A DNA stretch of 64,000 bases. Origin: Leidyana gryllorum EB-2025a (lineage: Eukaryota; Protista; Apicomplexa). Shown here in pieces: positions 22,704 to 32,768 of this stretch (positions within the stretch are counted from its first letter, which is position 1; every line of letters begins with the position of its first letter). The notes beneath the pieces are model-generated. The model had not been told where the DNA came from and searched no databases. It was given only the letters and a program-made list of their open reading frames with translations. The position numbers were made by a program, and so were the translations under genes. Location of the stretch: assembly GCA_048772705.1 (NCBI GenBank), contig JBLWGC010000109.1, forward strand, positions 321,217-385,216, written 5' to 3'.

Positions 22704-24231
22704 TTTAGTCAACGAGAGAAGAAGGAGTGCGACTCAAAGACCCGATACAACACTAATTGATAATGCGCTAATTGTTGTTCCGGTTTCGTGATCCAAAACC
22801 CTAAGCCCTAGTCGTTCGTGTGCGAGAAAGTGTGCGAGACATTTTTGTCCATCCTCCCTTTCAACCAACCGCCAGTTGCTCCCCACACACACCAGACTCA
22901 CTCATACGCGGCCGGACAGCTTTCTGCCACACACCGACCTTTCTTCTTCAGGTCGTCCTTCACACACACCCACGCGAGTGTGTGTATATATATATATCTA
23001 GAGAGAGTTACAGAGTAGTTTCCCCTCCATCTCTGTCTTTACAGCGCTCTGCTACGATCTGCAAGTTGCTATCATTCGCTACACAACAGAAAGAATGTCG
23101 TTTGTCTCAGATCTAAAAAGAGAGTAATCGATTGTCTCAGAGGTGGATTCGATGTCGATGATAAGTGTCGCCTGCAACTTTGTCGTTGATTGTTTAACTG
23201 TTTACGAGCGGGCGGCCGGACGGCAATACCCTTTCCATCCAATCTGCACGTCGCTCAACGATTTAAGTTTCAGATCCGAAGAAACATTCCCTCTCATAGG
23301 TCTACAAAAGAAGAGGCCCTCCCACGCTGACTGGCTGACTGAAGCACACAGCCACAATCACATTGGCTCCAATGGAACGTCTCCAATATCAGTCAGTCAG
23401 TGCCGAATAGATTTCGAAGATCGACTGATCCGTGTTTCACACACACATGATGTCCGACGAGTCTCTGTTTGGGCCACCCAATTTGAACACTGGTCGAGGG
23501 GCAGCCATGGCTGTAATTCTCCACAATGTTGAACCCAATCGCTTTCTGATCATTGCTGATCTCTGTCGGCGCCACATTCTGACCCTCGACACTCAATATG
23601 TGGCATCCGATCCATTGGGCACTATAGGGGCCCCTGCGATTCCAATGTCATGATTCCCCCTTATACACCCTGGCACCGTCGTGGGGCGAATCTAATCGGC
23701 CGGAAAGGCGGGACTCGTCGACATTCTGGATGGAGTGGGCGGTTCCTCTCCACATGCAGCAAGACATGGGTCGAGAGCGGGTGCGAGTGGCGGCCATCAG
23801 CGAAGCACATACAGTGGACACAGTGAAGGAAATGGAAATAGTGCAACTGGTGACTCCCGGAACGCCGCAGCCGAGCAGATCTTCCCAACGAAGGCAGAGA
23901 CACACCGGGCGATTATTGGCCGAGAGCCCTTTGTGGTGGTGGTGGTGGCAAGTCGAGCCCGGCAGAAAAGTAGTTGCAGAACGTCCCAGACCCCAATTGA
24001 GGGGCTCGATGTGGATGGCCCCACTCCCATAAGGGGATGTGCAATCGTTCGCGGTTTCTGATCGCGCAGTCCTCAACCTCACGTTTCTTAGCACAGCGAC
24101 CAGAGGCATACCGCACTGGTGGCGCTTCTTAGAAACTCTTTGTAGGTGTGCGCGTGCGTGTTTCGTTGGGTTGTGTGGGACTTCATATCTTGCCATGGGT
24201 GAAGCCTAAAAAAACAGCACCCCGCAATCAG

Positions 24232-24612
24232 ATGATCCGTTCTATCGGCTTCATATTGCTTATCGTCTCCGTCGCCGCCACCTTTTGGGCGCCGATGGCC
24301 AGTTATTGGTGGCCATCTCATGGGCTCAGTTCACACCATCTTGAGGCCCCCTGCCAGCCGAATTTGTATCAGGAACCGCTTCCGCTTCGCCGCCGGCGTA
24401 CTCCCATGACCGCTGATCCATCCAACTGGAGGAATGACGCCTACAGAGTACCGCAGGGTCACCTCATACACAGAACGGGGACGATCGGACGTGTGGCCGG
24501 TGGAACTCTGACAGCTGGGAGCGATATTCTGGGAGGAGTCGGTGGTGCTCTCATGGGGTCTCTGTGGTCTGTGAGAGCTTCAGGAGGGGCAGATAAGAAT
24601 TGGGAAGACTAG
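24232..24612 (+). CDS. Small predicted secreted or membrane protein
   Basis: Signal-peptide-like start MIRSIGFILLIVSVAATFWA. Confidence 0.4.
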   Translation: MIRSIGFILLIVSVAATFWAPMASYWWPSHGLSSHHLEAPCQPNLYQEPLPLRRRRTPMTADPSNWRNDAYRVPQGHLIHRTGTIGRVAGGTLTAGSDILGGVGGALMGSLWSVRASGGADKNWED

Positions 24613-24947
24613 TAGCTTCGCCTCGCAATTCACGCAGGGCATCGGTGATCTGCTCACATTTTGAAAAAATTGGCGATCAGAAGTTGTTGCTATTGGTGTT
24701 GTCCTCTGAACATATATTCCTCATCAGTAACAGAATCGAACCCATTTGGGCCATCGAAGCCAACTCAAGGCTGCGAGACACAGAAACACATAGGCACACA
24801 CACTTTCTAAGTTCTATTATCAAGTTCGAAGGGGCCCGGCCAGAGTTGGAACGATTTTGCGCAGAAAGAAAGGTGGAACATATTTAGCACAGATACGAAA
24901 ATTGGACGACCTCCGTCAAGCTCGCTCAACTAGCATCACTCAGCCAT

Positions 24948-26705
24948 TCACTTGCGGGATCTCGAGCTCTTCTTGCTCTTCTTGGTGCTGGAGGCCTGAT
25001 CGGCGACTCCCCGAGTAGTCACGTTCTGCTGCAGATAGCTTGCGTTGTTGCCAGAGTGCACGCTGACGCCGCCATAGGCCGCGGGAGCTGGTACCAAAAG
25101 ATTTGAGGCCGTTGTGTAGGGGACAGCGTTGGTGGTGGTTGTGGTGGTAGTGGTGGTGGTCTGCTGAACCGCGGCGCCAACAGTGCCCTCCACGCCGCCG
25201 ATGGGAAGAGAGTTAGTCTGCCAGGCCTTCATGACGGCCTGCTGGAGGTCAATGTTGGACAGCTGGCTTTGGAAGTCGGTCTTCATGATCTGGGCGGCGA
25301 GTCCTTCGATCTCGCAGAGAGAAGCGGCGGACTTGGTGAGGCTGCTGATTTGGCCCAGATAAGTGCCGGTTTTGAGTTTGAGGTCCTCGTTGAGGAGTTC
25401 AGTGGCAATAGGCACTTCGATGAAGCGTGGGAGGTAAACGGGGTAGGTGGCCTTGGCGTAGCGGGGTTTCATCTGAGGGAGGTGGTACTCGTAGGTGACC
25501 TCGGCCTCGACGGGTACGGGGATTTTGACGGCGACGTCCACAGCCTTCTCAACGATAACTTCCTGAGGTACGGGTTTCTCAACGTATTGAGGGACGGGAA
25601 CTTCGCGAGTGACGACTTTGTCAACCCACTCAACACGTTCGACCAACTTTTCGACGGGAACATCGCGATAGGTGATCTCAGGAATGACGCGCGGGACCTC
25701 TTTGGTGACGATTTTGGGGACCTCAATGACGCGTTCCTGGTGGACGACGACTGGTTTGTGGACAACTTTCTCCTGGACGACTCTCTCGGGGACCTCGACG
25801 ATGCGTTCGACGTATTCGATCTCGGGAATCTCGACAATCTTCTCGACGATTGTGGGTTTGGCGACTTCGACGATCTTTTCGCGAACGATTTGGACATCGT
25901 CGATGACCTCCTCGTGTCTGACAGTCTCAGGAATGACGATGACTTTCTCGATGACTTCCTCGCGGACGATCTTCTTGGGCACTCTGATCTCGTGCTCAAC
26001 GTATCGCTCGGAGATGACGGACTGACGGGTCTCGTCCACACGCTGGTTGACAGAAATGACGCGCTGCTCGCCGTATTCGTGGCCGACGACTCGGGAAGTT
26101 TCAGTTGCAGCAGACTGACGGCGGGAACCGGTAGTGGTCACGTAGCCTTCCAGATTAGAAATAGTGTGGTACTGTTGGCTGGAACCGCCGACGCTAATAG
26201 TGCCGGCACCACCAACGCTCAGAGTGCCGCCGACGTAAGACGGCTGATAGGTGGTGGTGTTTTGGGTCGCCGCCTGGTGGCCACCAGTGGTGTAAGTAGT
26301 GGTGGTGGTGGTCTGCGGGCCTTGTTGCTGCAGGTGGTGATAGCCGGCTGGAGTGGTGGTGGATGTCGTTTCATAGCCTCCCTCAAGAGCAGCAGCAGCA
26401 GCAGCAGTGGTGTAGTGAGCGCCACCACTGACCTGGTAAGAAGAAGTGACCTGTTGATTGGAAATAGTTGTGGGCTGCTGCTCAGTAGAATAGTGGGTGG
26501 TATAAGTCGCAGTAGTCTGCGGTTGCTGATGGTCATAAGTAGTTGTGGTGGTGGTGGTCTTTTGGTAAGCGCCAGGAAGAACTTGCACCCCCGCGCCAGT
26601 AGTTTCCATGGTTTGGTAAACCGGCTGCTGGGCGTATGTGGTGTACTCCTCGACGGTTTCGACGTTGGTCGGGTGCTCAGCGACTTGTTGCTCAACGGCG
26701 GACAT
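24948..26705 (-). CDS. Alveolin / IMC1-family protein (copy B)
   Basis: EKIVEIPEIEYVERIVEVPERVVQEKVV repeats, paralogous to copy A; probable 5'UTR intron at about 26727-26778 (GTAAGT...TATAG). Confidence 0.9.
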   Translation of the reverse strand: MSAVEQQVAEHPTNVETVEEYTTYAQQPVYQTMETTGAGVQVLPGAYQKTTTTTTTYDHQQPQTTATYTTHYSTEQQPTTISNQQVTSSYQVSGGAHYTTAAAAAALEGGYETTSTTTPAGYHHLQQQGPQTTTTTTYTTGGHQAATQNTTTYQPSYVGGTLSVGGAGTISVGGSSQQYHTISNLEGYVTTTGSRRQSAATETSRVVGHEYGEQRVISVNQRVDETRQSVISERYVEHEIRVPKKIVREEVIEKVIVIPETVRHEEVIDDVQIVREKIVEVAKPTIVEKIVEIPEIEYVERIVEVPERVVQEKVVHKPVVVHQERVIEVPKIVTKEVPRVIPEITYRDVPVEKLVERVEWVDKVVTREVPVPQYVEKPVPQEVIVEKAVDVAVKIPVPVEAEVTYEYHLPQMKPRYAKATYPVYLPRFIEVPIATELLNEDLKLKTGTYLGQISSLTKSAASLCEIEGLAAQIMKTDFQSQLSNIDLQQAVMKAWQTNSLPIGGVEGTVGAAVQQTTTTTTTTTTNAVPYTTASNLLVPAPAAYGGVSVHSGNNASYLQQNVTTRGVADQASSTKKSKKSSRSRK

Positions 26706-26989
26706 CTCGCTTAATTGAGTGAAAGCCTATAAGAAAAGATTAGATCAACCACACGCACTCTCCAACGACAACACTTACAAAAAATGAAGTGAAGCTTTGA
26801 GATCTAAATAGAGGGGCGGTCGCTGCTTCCAAAAGACTAACTTCCTCGCCCACAAGACACCCCTCTGTGTGCAAACCTTCGGGACATCCCATACATAATG
26901 ACGCCGCCGATCACACTTTGTGTGGTCACCTGTAGCTGGTGGTGGTCGTGGTTCAGATTCCTTCCCTCGCTGCTGCTGCTGCTGCTATG

Positions 26990-27457
26990 CTAACTGTCCG
27001 CTGCTGTTGAGGGCGTCTGCGCGACTGATGACTGCTGTTTGATCCTTCTTTTCTGACTGGGGGCCTCCGTAGATATCCGCATTCGACCTGGACCTTCCGT
27101 GCTGCTATTCAGCAGCGTACTCAACTTACTGCGGGCCGCGTGCACCCGGTCCAATTCGCTCACCGACTCGCCTCGTAACTGCTTTTTCCGATACACTGCG
27201 ACACTCCGAATGTACGAGTCGCGAACACCTGCTATCTCTCGCTCGGCAATTGTGCTCAGGTCATTGGCTATTTCATCAAACCCTTCAGGACTTATACCCT
27301 CCCGCTCCTGTTTATCCATTGTCTCCGACTCCAGCGTCGCTATTTGCAGTTTAATGCGCGTAAAGAAGCTCCGTAACATATCCGTCGGCATCACCAGCGT
27401 AGGGAGTTCCAACTCCGGCTCAGCCGGCTTCTGCGCATTAGAGCACCAGCAACTCAT
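26990..27457 (-). CDS. Hypothetical helical protein with N-terminal Cys pair (MSCWCS)
   Basis: ATG lies 10 bp after the CDK stop; helical, charged composition. Confidence 0.5.
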   Translation of the reverse strand: MSCWCSNAQKPAEPELELPTLVMPTDMLRSFFTRIKLQIATLESETMDKQEREGISPEGFDEIANDLSTIAEREIAGVRDSYIRSVAVYRKKQLRGESVSELDRVHAARSKLSTLLNSSTEGPGRMRISTEAPSQKRRIKQQSSVAQTPSTAADS

Positions 27458-27467
27458 CAAAAAAATC

Positions 27468-28663
27468 CTATACTCGAGGCAACTCGTTCGGCATGCACGG
27501 CCGAGGTGCAACTTTGAACCATGGATGGTTCAACGCCTGACTCCAACCGTTCAACACCACACTCACCCACACCCACTTACCTGCGTCGCACTGATCCGCT
27601 CCATTGGATTCAGTTGTAGTAACTTGTCCAGCAGATCCAAAGCCGTCGGGGGCACATTCGGGAAAATGTCAGACAGAGGTGTCGGTGGGGTGTGAGCAAA
27701 CTCGAAAAACGCAGGCAGATTAGACGCCGCTGGCCATAAGTCATTACCCCGAGCCAGTCTTTCACCTTCCTTCTCAGCAACCGAAGGACTTCCACGCACC
27801 GCCACAATCTTTGCTAACTGATCCACCTCCCCAGTCCCATTAAATAACGGCCGCCCACCCAGCAATAATTCTGCCATTATACAACCCACCGACCACATAT
27901 CTGCTCTGTCCTCTGCAAAACAAGGGGGTGTGTGGGAGGGGTGTATGCGAGGGGGTGTGTGCGAGGGGGCGTGCCACACGCCACACACTGTGTGACAGAA
28001 AGTGATATACTTACGGTAATACTGTGAGCCGTACAGAAGTTCTGGAGGCCGATACCACAAGGTGACGGTCATCCACGTCTTTTTGCTGGCACGTGGAGAT
28101 GCAAATGGACGGCTGAGCCCAAAGTCGGCCACTTTGCACACTCCTTCAGCGTCAATGAAGACGTTGCCGGGTGACAGATCGCGGTGGAGGAAGAAATTGC
28201 GATGCAGTTCTTCCAGGCCGAGCAGTATTTGTTGAATAACGCATTTGGCCTGGGCTTCGGCGAATCGAACACGTTTGTCCAGCATCTTGCGCAGATCACT
28301 GTCCATAAGGGGCATCACAAGGTTGATAAAGTCCCCCTCCAGGTATACGTCATACAACTGCGAGTGTCAGAATCGATATAGCATAGCACTTCCGGGGCGT
28401 TGACGTACATTGATGAGGTTAGGATGATCCAGTTCTCGCATAATCTTTATCTCTCTGTAGACACTGTGGTTGATGCCTGATATCATGACGGCTGCTCGGT
28501 TGTCTTCCCATATGTCTTCGCGTAGTTTGTTGTCAACTTTGACCTTCTTGATAGCCACCAGTCCTCCCGTTATTCGGTCACGAGCCTTCTCGACCTTTCC
28601 GTAGGCCCCCTGTCCGATGTGGGCGTCGACTATTTCATAGCGAGCGGACCCCCGAAGCACCAT
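27468..28663 (-). CDS. CDK7/MO15-like cyclin-dependent kinase (4 exons)
   Basis: GQGAYGKV, VAIKK, GINHSVYREIK (cf. CDK7 GINRTALREIK), HRDLSPGN, DFGLSR, VTLWYRPPELL, DMWSVGC; last exon ALNHPWF...LPRV*. Confidence 0.85.
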
Positions 28664-28686
28664 GGTGACTTTTTTTGAGAGCAAGA

Positions 28687-29268
28687 ATGAACCCCCCTCT
28701 CCAGGCGGTGGGGCCGCCAGGACAGCCCCCCCCACAAGGACCCCCAAGATACGTCTCCCATCCTGGTCAAGGCGGACAGCCCCCTACGATGGGTATGTCG
28801 GGGGGCCCGTCTCCTACACGCCAACAGGGGCCTCTCAGACCGTTGGTGGTTCAGAATAGCCACACAATTCGCCGGGTGGTATTTGCAGCGGTGGCACAGC
28901 GTAACGGGAACAGACCAAACGCCGAGCAGTTGAAGGAACCGGTATTCACCCTTTTGACATACTTCGCTGACAGACTATGCGACTATACCCTAAGCTCGTT
29001 GTGTAAACTCAAGGCAAACCCAGATGACTTTACTTTTGACGACGTGGCCAGATTCTGTGCTGACCATTTGGGTTATGAGGCTGGACTGGAGAATCTAGAA
29101 GTCCCATCACTGACCCCCCCACCTGCCACCAGAGATCCTACACCCCTCTGGAAATCTCGCGTCCCCCCTGAAGAAGACCCACAGCTCCAAGCTTTGACCC
29201 GTCCTTCTTCTTCTGACGTGATCACTGCTGATTGGCTTAGTGAAGTATTGGATAGACAACAAAAGTAG
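28687..29268 (+). CDS. Histone-fold protein, TAF12-like
   Basis: Pro/Gln-rich N-terminus, then EQLKEPVFTLLTYFADRLCDYTLSSLCKLK...FTFDDV, resembling TAF12 EQLDEDVEEMLLQIADDFIESVVTAACQLA...LEVKDV. Confidence 0.55.
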   Translation: MNPPLQAVGPPGQPPPQGPPRYVSHPGQGGQPPTMGMSGGPSPTRQQGPLRPLVVQNSHTIRRVVFAAVAQRNGNRPNAEQLKEPVFTLLTYFADRLCDYTLSSLCKLKANPDDFTFDDVARFCADHLGYEAGLENLEVPSLTPPPATRDPTPLWKSRVPPEEDPQLQALTRPSSSDVITADWLSEVLDRQQK

Positions 29269-29453
29269 TAAAAGCCGATACCCACAGCCACAATGTCGCG
29301 CGCACACTATATATGACGTGCGTGTGTCCGATCCTTCGGGACAGAGAGATCATCTCTCCCCGAACCACGCAACGGAAATTTCACCCCAAACACTCTCCTC
29401 CCGTCAAACTACACTTCTACACCACATATCACTCAGCTTTTTCCTTCTGCCCA

Positions 29454-29733
29454 ATGCGTCTGATCACCAGCGTTATTTTCGGCCTCGTTGCCGTCGCTGC
29501 TACTTCCTCCGGTAATCTGCGTGCTGAAGTGCTCAGGAGCGAGCGCAGAAGTCGTCAGACCGCCAAATACGTCCCACGCATGGTACGAATGGGCCGATTT
29601 GCCGGCCATCCTGAATTGCACCAAGTCGAGGTCGATGCCGTTCAGCCTCCCCGGTTGCAATGAGCCACATCATGAGGGAAGACCCCGCGAAGGTTATTAT
29701 TTGTCACGCCAAGGTAGTCCAATGTCCCTCTAA
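29454..29733 (+). CDS. Small secreted protein (possible 25-nt intron after the signal peptide)
   Basis: MRLITSVIFGLVAVAATSS signal peptide. Ends at 29663 if unspliced, or 29733 if GTAATC...CTCAG is removed. Confidence 0.45.
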
Positions 29734-29753
29734 ATGCTTTTCTTAGTGTGGAA

Positions 29754-31589
29754 TCAGTCTTTTCTGAGTACCACCGCCCAGTTGTTGTTGTCAAAATAAC
29801 TCTCAGCCAGACTACATCCCTGCGCTGCAAGACACTCCTTAACGATGTCCTCCTTATTGAAAACGTGATAGTATCGCACAATCTTCGTCTCATTCGGATG
29901 CTTTGTCTCAGGTTGCTGCAACGTCCACGGTACCCATACGTCGTCAGCCGCAAATGTCCGTGCGCCCAAACTGTCTTTCTCGTGCTCTTTCGCCCACACA
30001 TAGATCAACAACAAACCTCCAGGACGAGTTACCCGCAGCATCTCCTCCACAGCCGCCGTTCGCCTCTCAGCAAGGCTGAGGTGATGCAGAACCGCGATCG
30101 AGAGGCAAACATCAGCCACCCCGTCTCTGCAACTCAGACGCAATGCATCATCACGCAGTAATTCCAGCGGGCGCAAAGGCCCATTCGCTTGCTGCATCCA
30201 TAATATTGGCGACTCCGACTGATCACCACTGAATTGCCTCCCCATTGAAAGCAAACCCATCGAGTAATCACTTCCCACCCAGAAAGAGTCAGCATCCACG
30301 CTCTGGCTGTACTTTCCGTTTCCACATCCCACATCAACCACAATGCTCCCAGGATGAGTATTCGCCTTCAGAAACTCTGCGATGCGCGGCCAGGGGCGGA
30401 ATCTGCACATGGAAGGAATCATATGAGCATCACAGACGCTGTCGAACACGTGTGCATAGAGACAAGGCCCACCAACTCGGAGCAGAATAAGCAGCGATTG
30501 TGAAGATTCGCGTACCTGGTGTGACTGAAGTGGCGTGCGATCTGATCGTACACATCATGAACATATCTCTGTTCTAATTCCACCGGATTCATGAGCTCTG
30601 GGTCCACTGCTTCGCATACGATAGTTGGCCTGACTTCTGCTTTGGCTCCCGGATACTGTCTAACATGTGGTCCGGCCAAGGCACACAGCAGATTCGGGCG
30701 GAACTCAGGATTGATCTCTCGAAGCAATAAAACTAAGGTGTCACCCTCAGTTAATTTCCGAACCTGGTAGGCAAAGTAGGGCGACTGACTATCCCAAGTC
30801 ACTCGGGCCATTTGGCCTACTTCGACCAGAACATCATGCATCCCATTTCGGTCAACGTATTGAAATCGTATCGCGTCATTCGTCGGAACGATGGTGATCG
30901 AATTCTGACAAAAGACGGACTCAGACTGTTGGAGAGCCAAAACCTTAGGTGCTTACCATTAGTGTGTTGAGGGTTTCGATGCGGAAGAGGCTGGGGTATG
31001 ACATGTTAAGCCGTAAAACGGAGACTTGTTTGTCGCCTAACCCCATTTCTGCCAGCTGCTCGGCCATAGCGGTGGGGGTTATCCTCAATCGAGACATACG
31101 GTCGACAGAGAGCTGCTCCAGCCACTGTCCGATAAAGTGTAATTCTGTACACAGCAGGATTTGGAGACCTCTACAATGTCACCTGCTTACGGTTGCGGTT
31201 TCTGTTGAGTGTATAGCCTGAAGCTTGGACCCACTCCGCGACCTTTTCTTTGGTCAACTCCAATGATGCGGTTTCGACCTGCACTGCTGGCTGAGAGCCG
31301 GTTCCCACCACGAGAGCTTTGGTATCGTCCTCTGATAATGCAGTGATCTGAACCGGAATAGCTTGTTGCGGGAAGTCATCGGGGGCTATGGCGGTACCAA
31401 GGAGAGCATATCCATGGGAACCAAATACTTTTGTCAGAGCCGCAGGGTGACGTTGGCCGTCCGGCGGAGTGGGAATATAAAGTGAGCCATTGTAGACTGG
31501 AACGCGGCTGATTAACGGGTTTGATTTGCGTCAGCTTTGACCTTTCATTACCTGAAGTACTTATCGACTTGGTTAGCGAGGGGCGGCAT
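29754..31589 (-). CDS. tRNA wobble-uridine carboxymethyl methyltransferase, Trm9/ALKBH8-like (about 5 exons)
   Basis: EQRYVHDVYDQIARHFSHTR, PWPRI, VVDVGCGNGKY, SIAVLHHLS, LIYVWAKE, WVPW, RYYHVF, DNNNW. Upstream exons inferred from in-frame GT-AG junctions. Confidence 0.85.
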
Positions 31590-31617
31590 TTGGGGTGAAA
31601 AAACTTTTTGAGCTGGT

Positions 31618-32664
31618 ATGGAATCGCCTCGCGCGGGCTCAGTGGGGCGTGCAGCGGGTAATTCGAGCGGCTCCCGTCGTTTGAGCACTAACCCATGTGC
31701 TCCGTACCTCCGCAGCAGGCACCACAAGAGTCTGACGGGAGGGCCGTCGATGGAGCCGGTGCATGACAAGCCCCGAATGCGCAGTGAAACCCATACATTT
31801 CGTCCTGACTCAGATCGACTACATTTGGAGCTTGTTCGGCGAGTTCAGGCTGATTCTTTGGAGTCAAGCCACCGACATAGAGCCCCCTCAACCTGTTCGG
31901 GAAGCGCTCGCAACAACGATATTTCGCGAATTCTCAGACCACCGCTTCTGGCTGGCGAACTACTGCCCCGCACCCGTATATTGTTGAAGGGACAGGGCAT
32001 ATATTTACGTGACTTCTTCGCCGATAGACGTGGGGTACTCTTTGGAGGCCCAGGAGCTTTCACGCCTACTTGCAGTGAACATCATCTCGTCGGATTTCGT
32101 GATCAATCCAATCAGATCAAAGCAGCTGGGATCGATTTCATTGGCTGCATATACTCGAACGATCCCTATGTACTCAAAGCTTGGGCACGATCCAAGAAAG
32201 TTCATGATCATTTTACCTTTATCTCTGATGTCGAGGGTCGCTTGGCCTCAGCCTTGGGAGTCCTCACTCGATCACGAGCGCGGGGCCTGGGTCATAGGCC
32301 TCGCCGCTTCGCCATGGTCATAGGTCAAGGTGGCCGCGTCGAGTGGTCTAATGTAGACAATGATTGTTTCGCCGAAGACGTTCTCAAGTTTCTTGGCGTG
32401 GCTCCTGGTACGCGATTCCCTAAACTTGATCACCCCCTGTTGACGTATCCTTCGGTGTCATCTGATGTGTCACACGTTGTAGCACCATACGCTGTCTATT
32501 CTGCTTCGCAAAATCCTAGAGGAAACCTGTGTGTGCGCGCGAATTATGTGTGTCGTATAAGTGCGCGTCTCGTGCCCAGGTGTCAATTGTGCCAAATGGG
32601 TTGGGTAGCCTTCATGATGAGCTCAGAAGGCAGCAACAGTGGGCCCTTCTCAGTTCATTCGTGA
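31618..32664 (+). CDS. Prx5-type peroxiredoxin with N-terminal extension (3' end uncertain)
   Basis: PGAFTPTCSEHHL, NDPYVLKAW, FISDVEG, RRFAMVI. Confidence 0.85.
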   Translation: MESPRAGSVGRAAGNSSGSRRLSTNPCAPYLRSRHHKSLTGGPSMEPVHDKPRMRSETHTFRPDSDRLHLELVRRVQADSLESSHRHRAPSTCSGSARNNDISRILRPPLLAGELLPRTRILLKGQGIYLRDFFADRRGVLFGGPGAFTPTCSEHHLVGFRDQSNQIKAAGIDFIGCIYSNDPYVLKAWARSKKVHDHFTFISDVEGRLASALGVLTRSRARGLGHRPRRFAMVIGQGGRVEWSNVDNDCFAEDVLKFLGVAPGTRFPKLDHPLLTYPSVSSDVSHVVAPYAVYSASQNPRGNLCVRANYVCRISARLVPRCQLCQMGWVAFMMSSEGSNSGPFSVHS

Positions 32665-32768
32665 TCAGTACCGCTGCAATATGATTCCCTATTCGTCACG
32701 TTGTACTTTCGTGTGGGTCAATTAGTGCTGCAGCACCCGTAGCGGAGAATGGAGAACCAGTTCAGCCG

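Noticed and set aside
21315-26714. Long D/L/F-rich antisense ORFs over both alveolins
   Set aside because: Shadow ORFs of the repetitive V/E/K/I codons.
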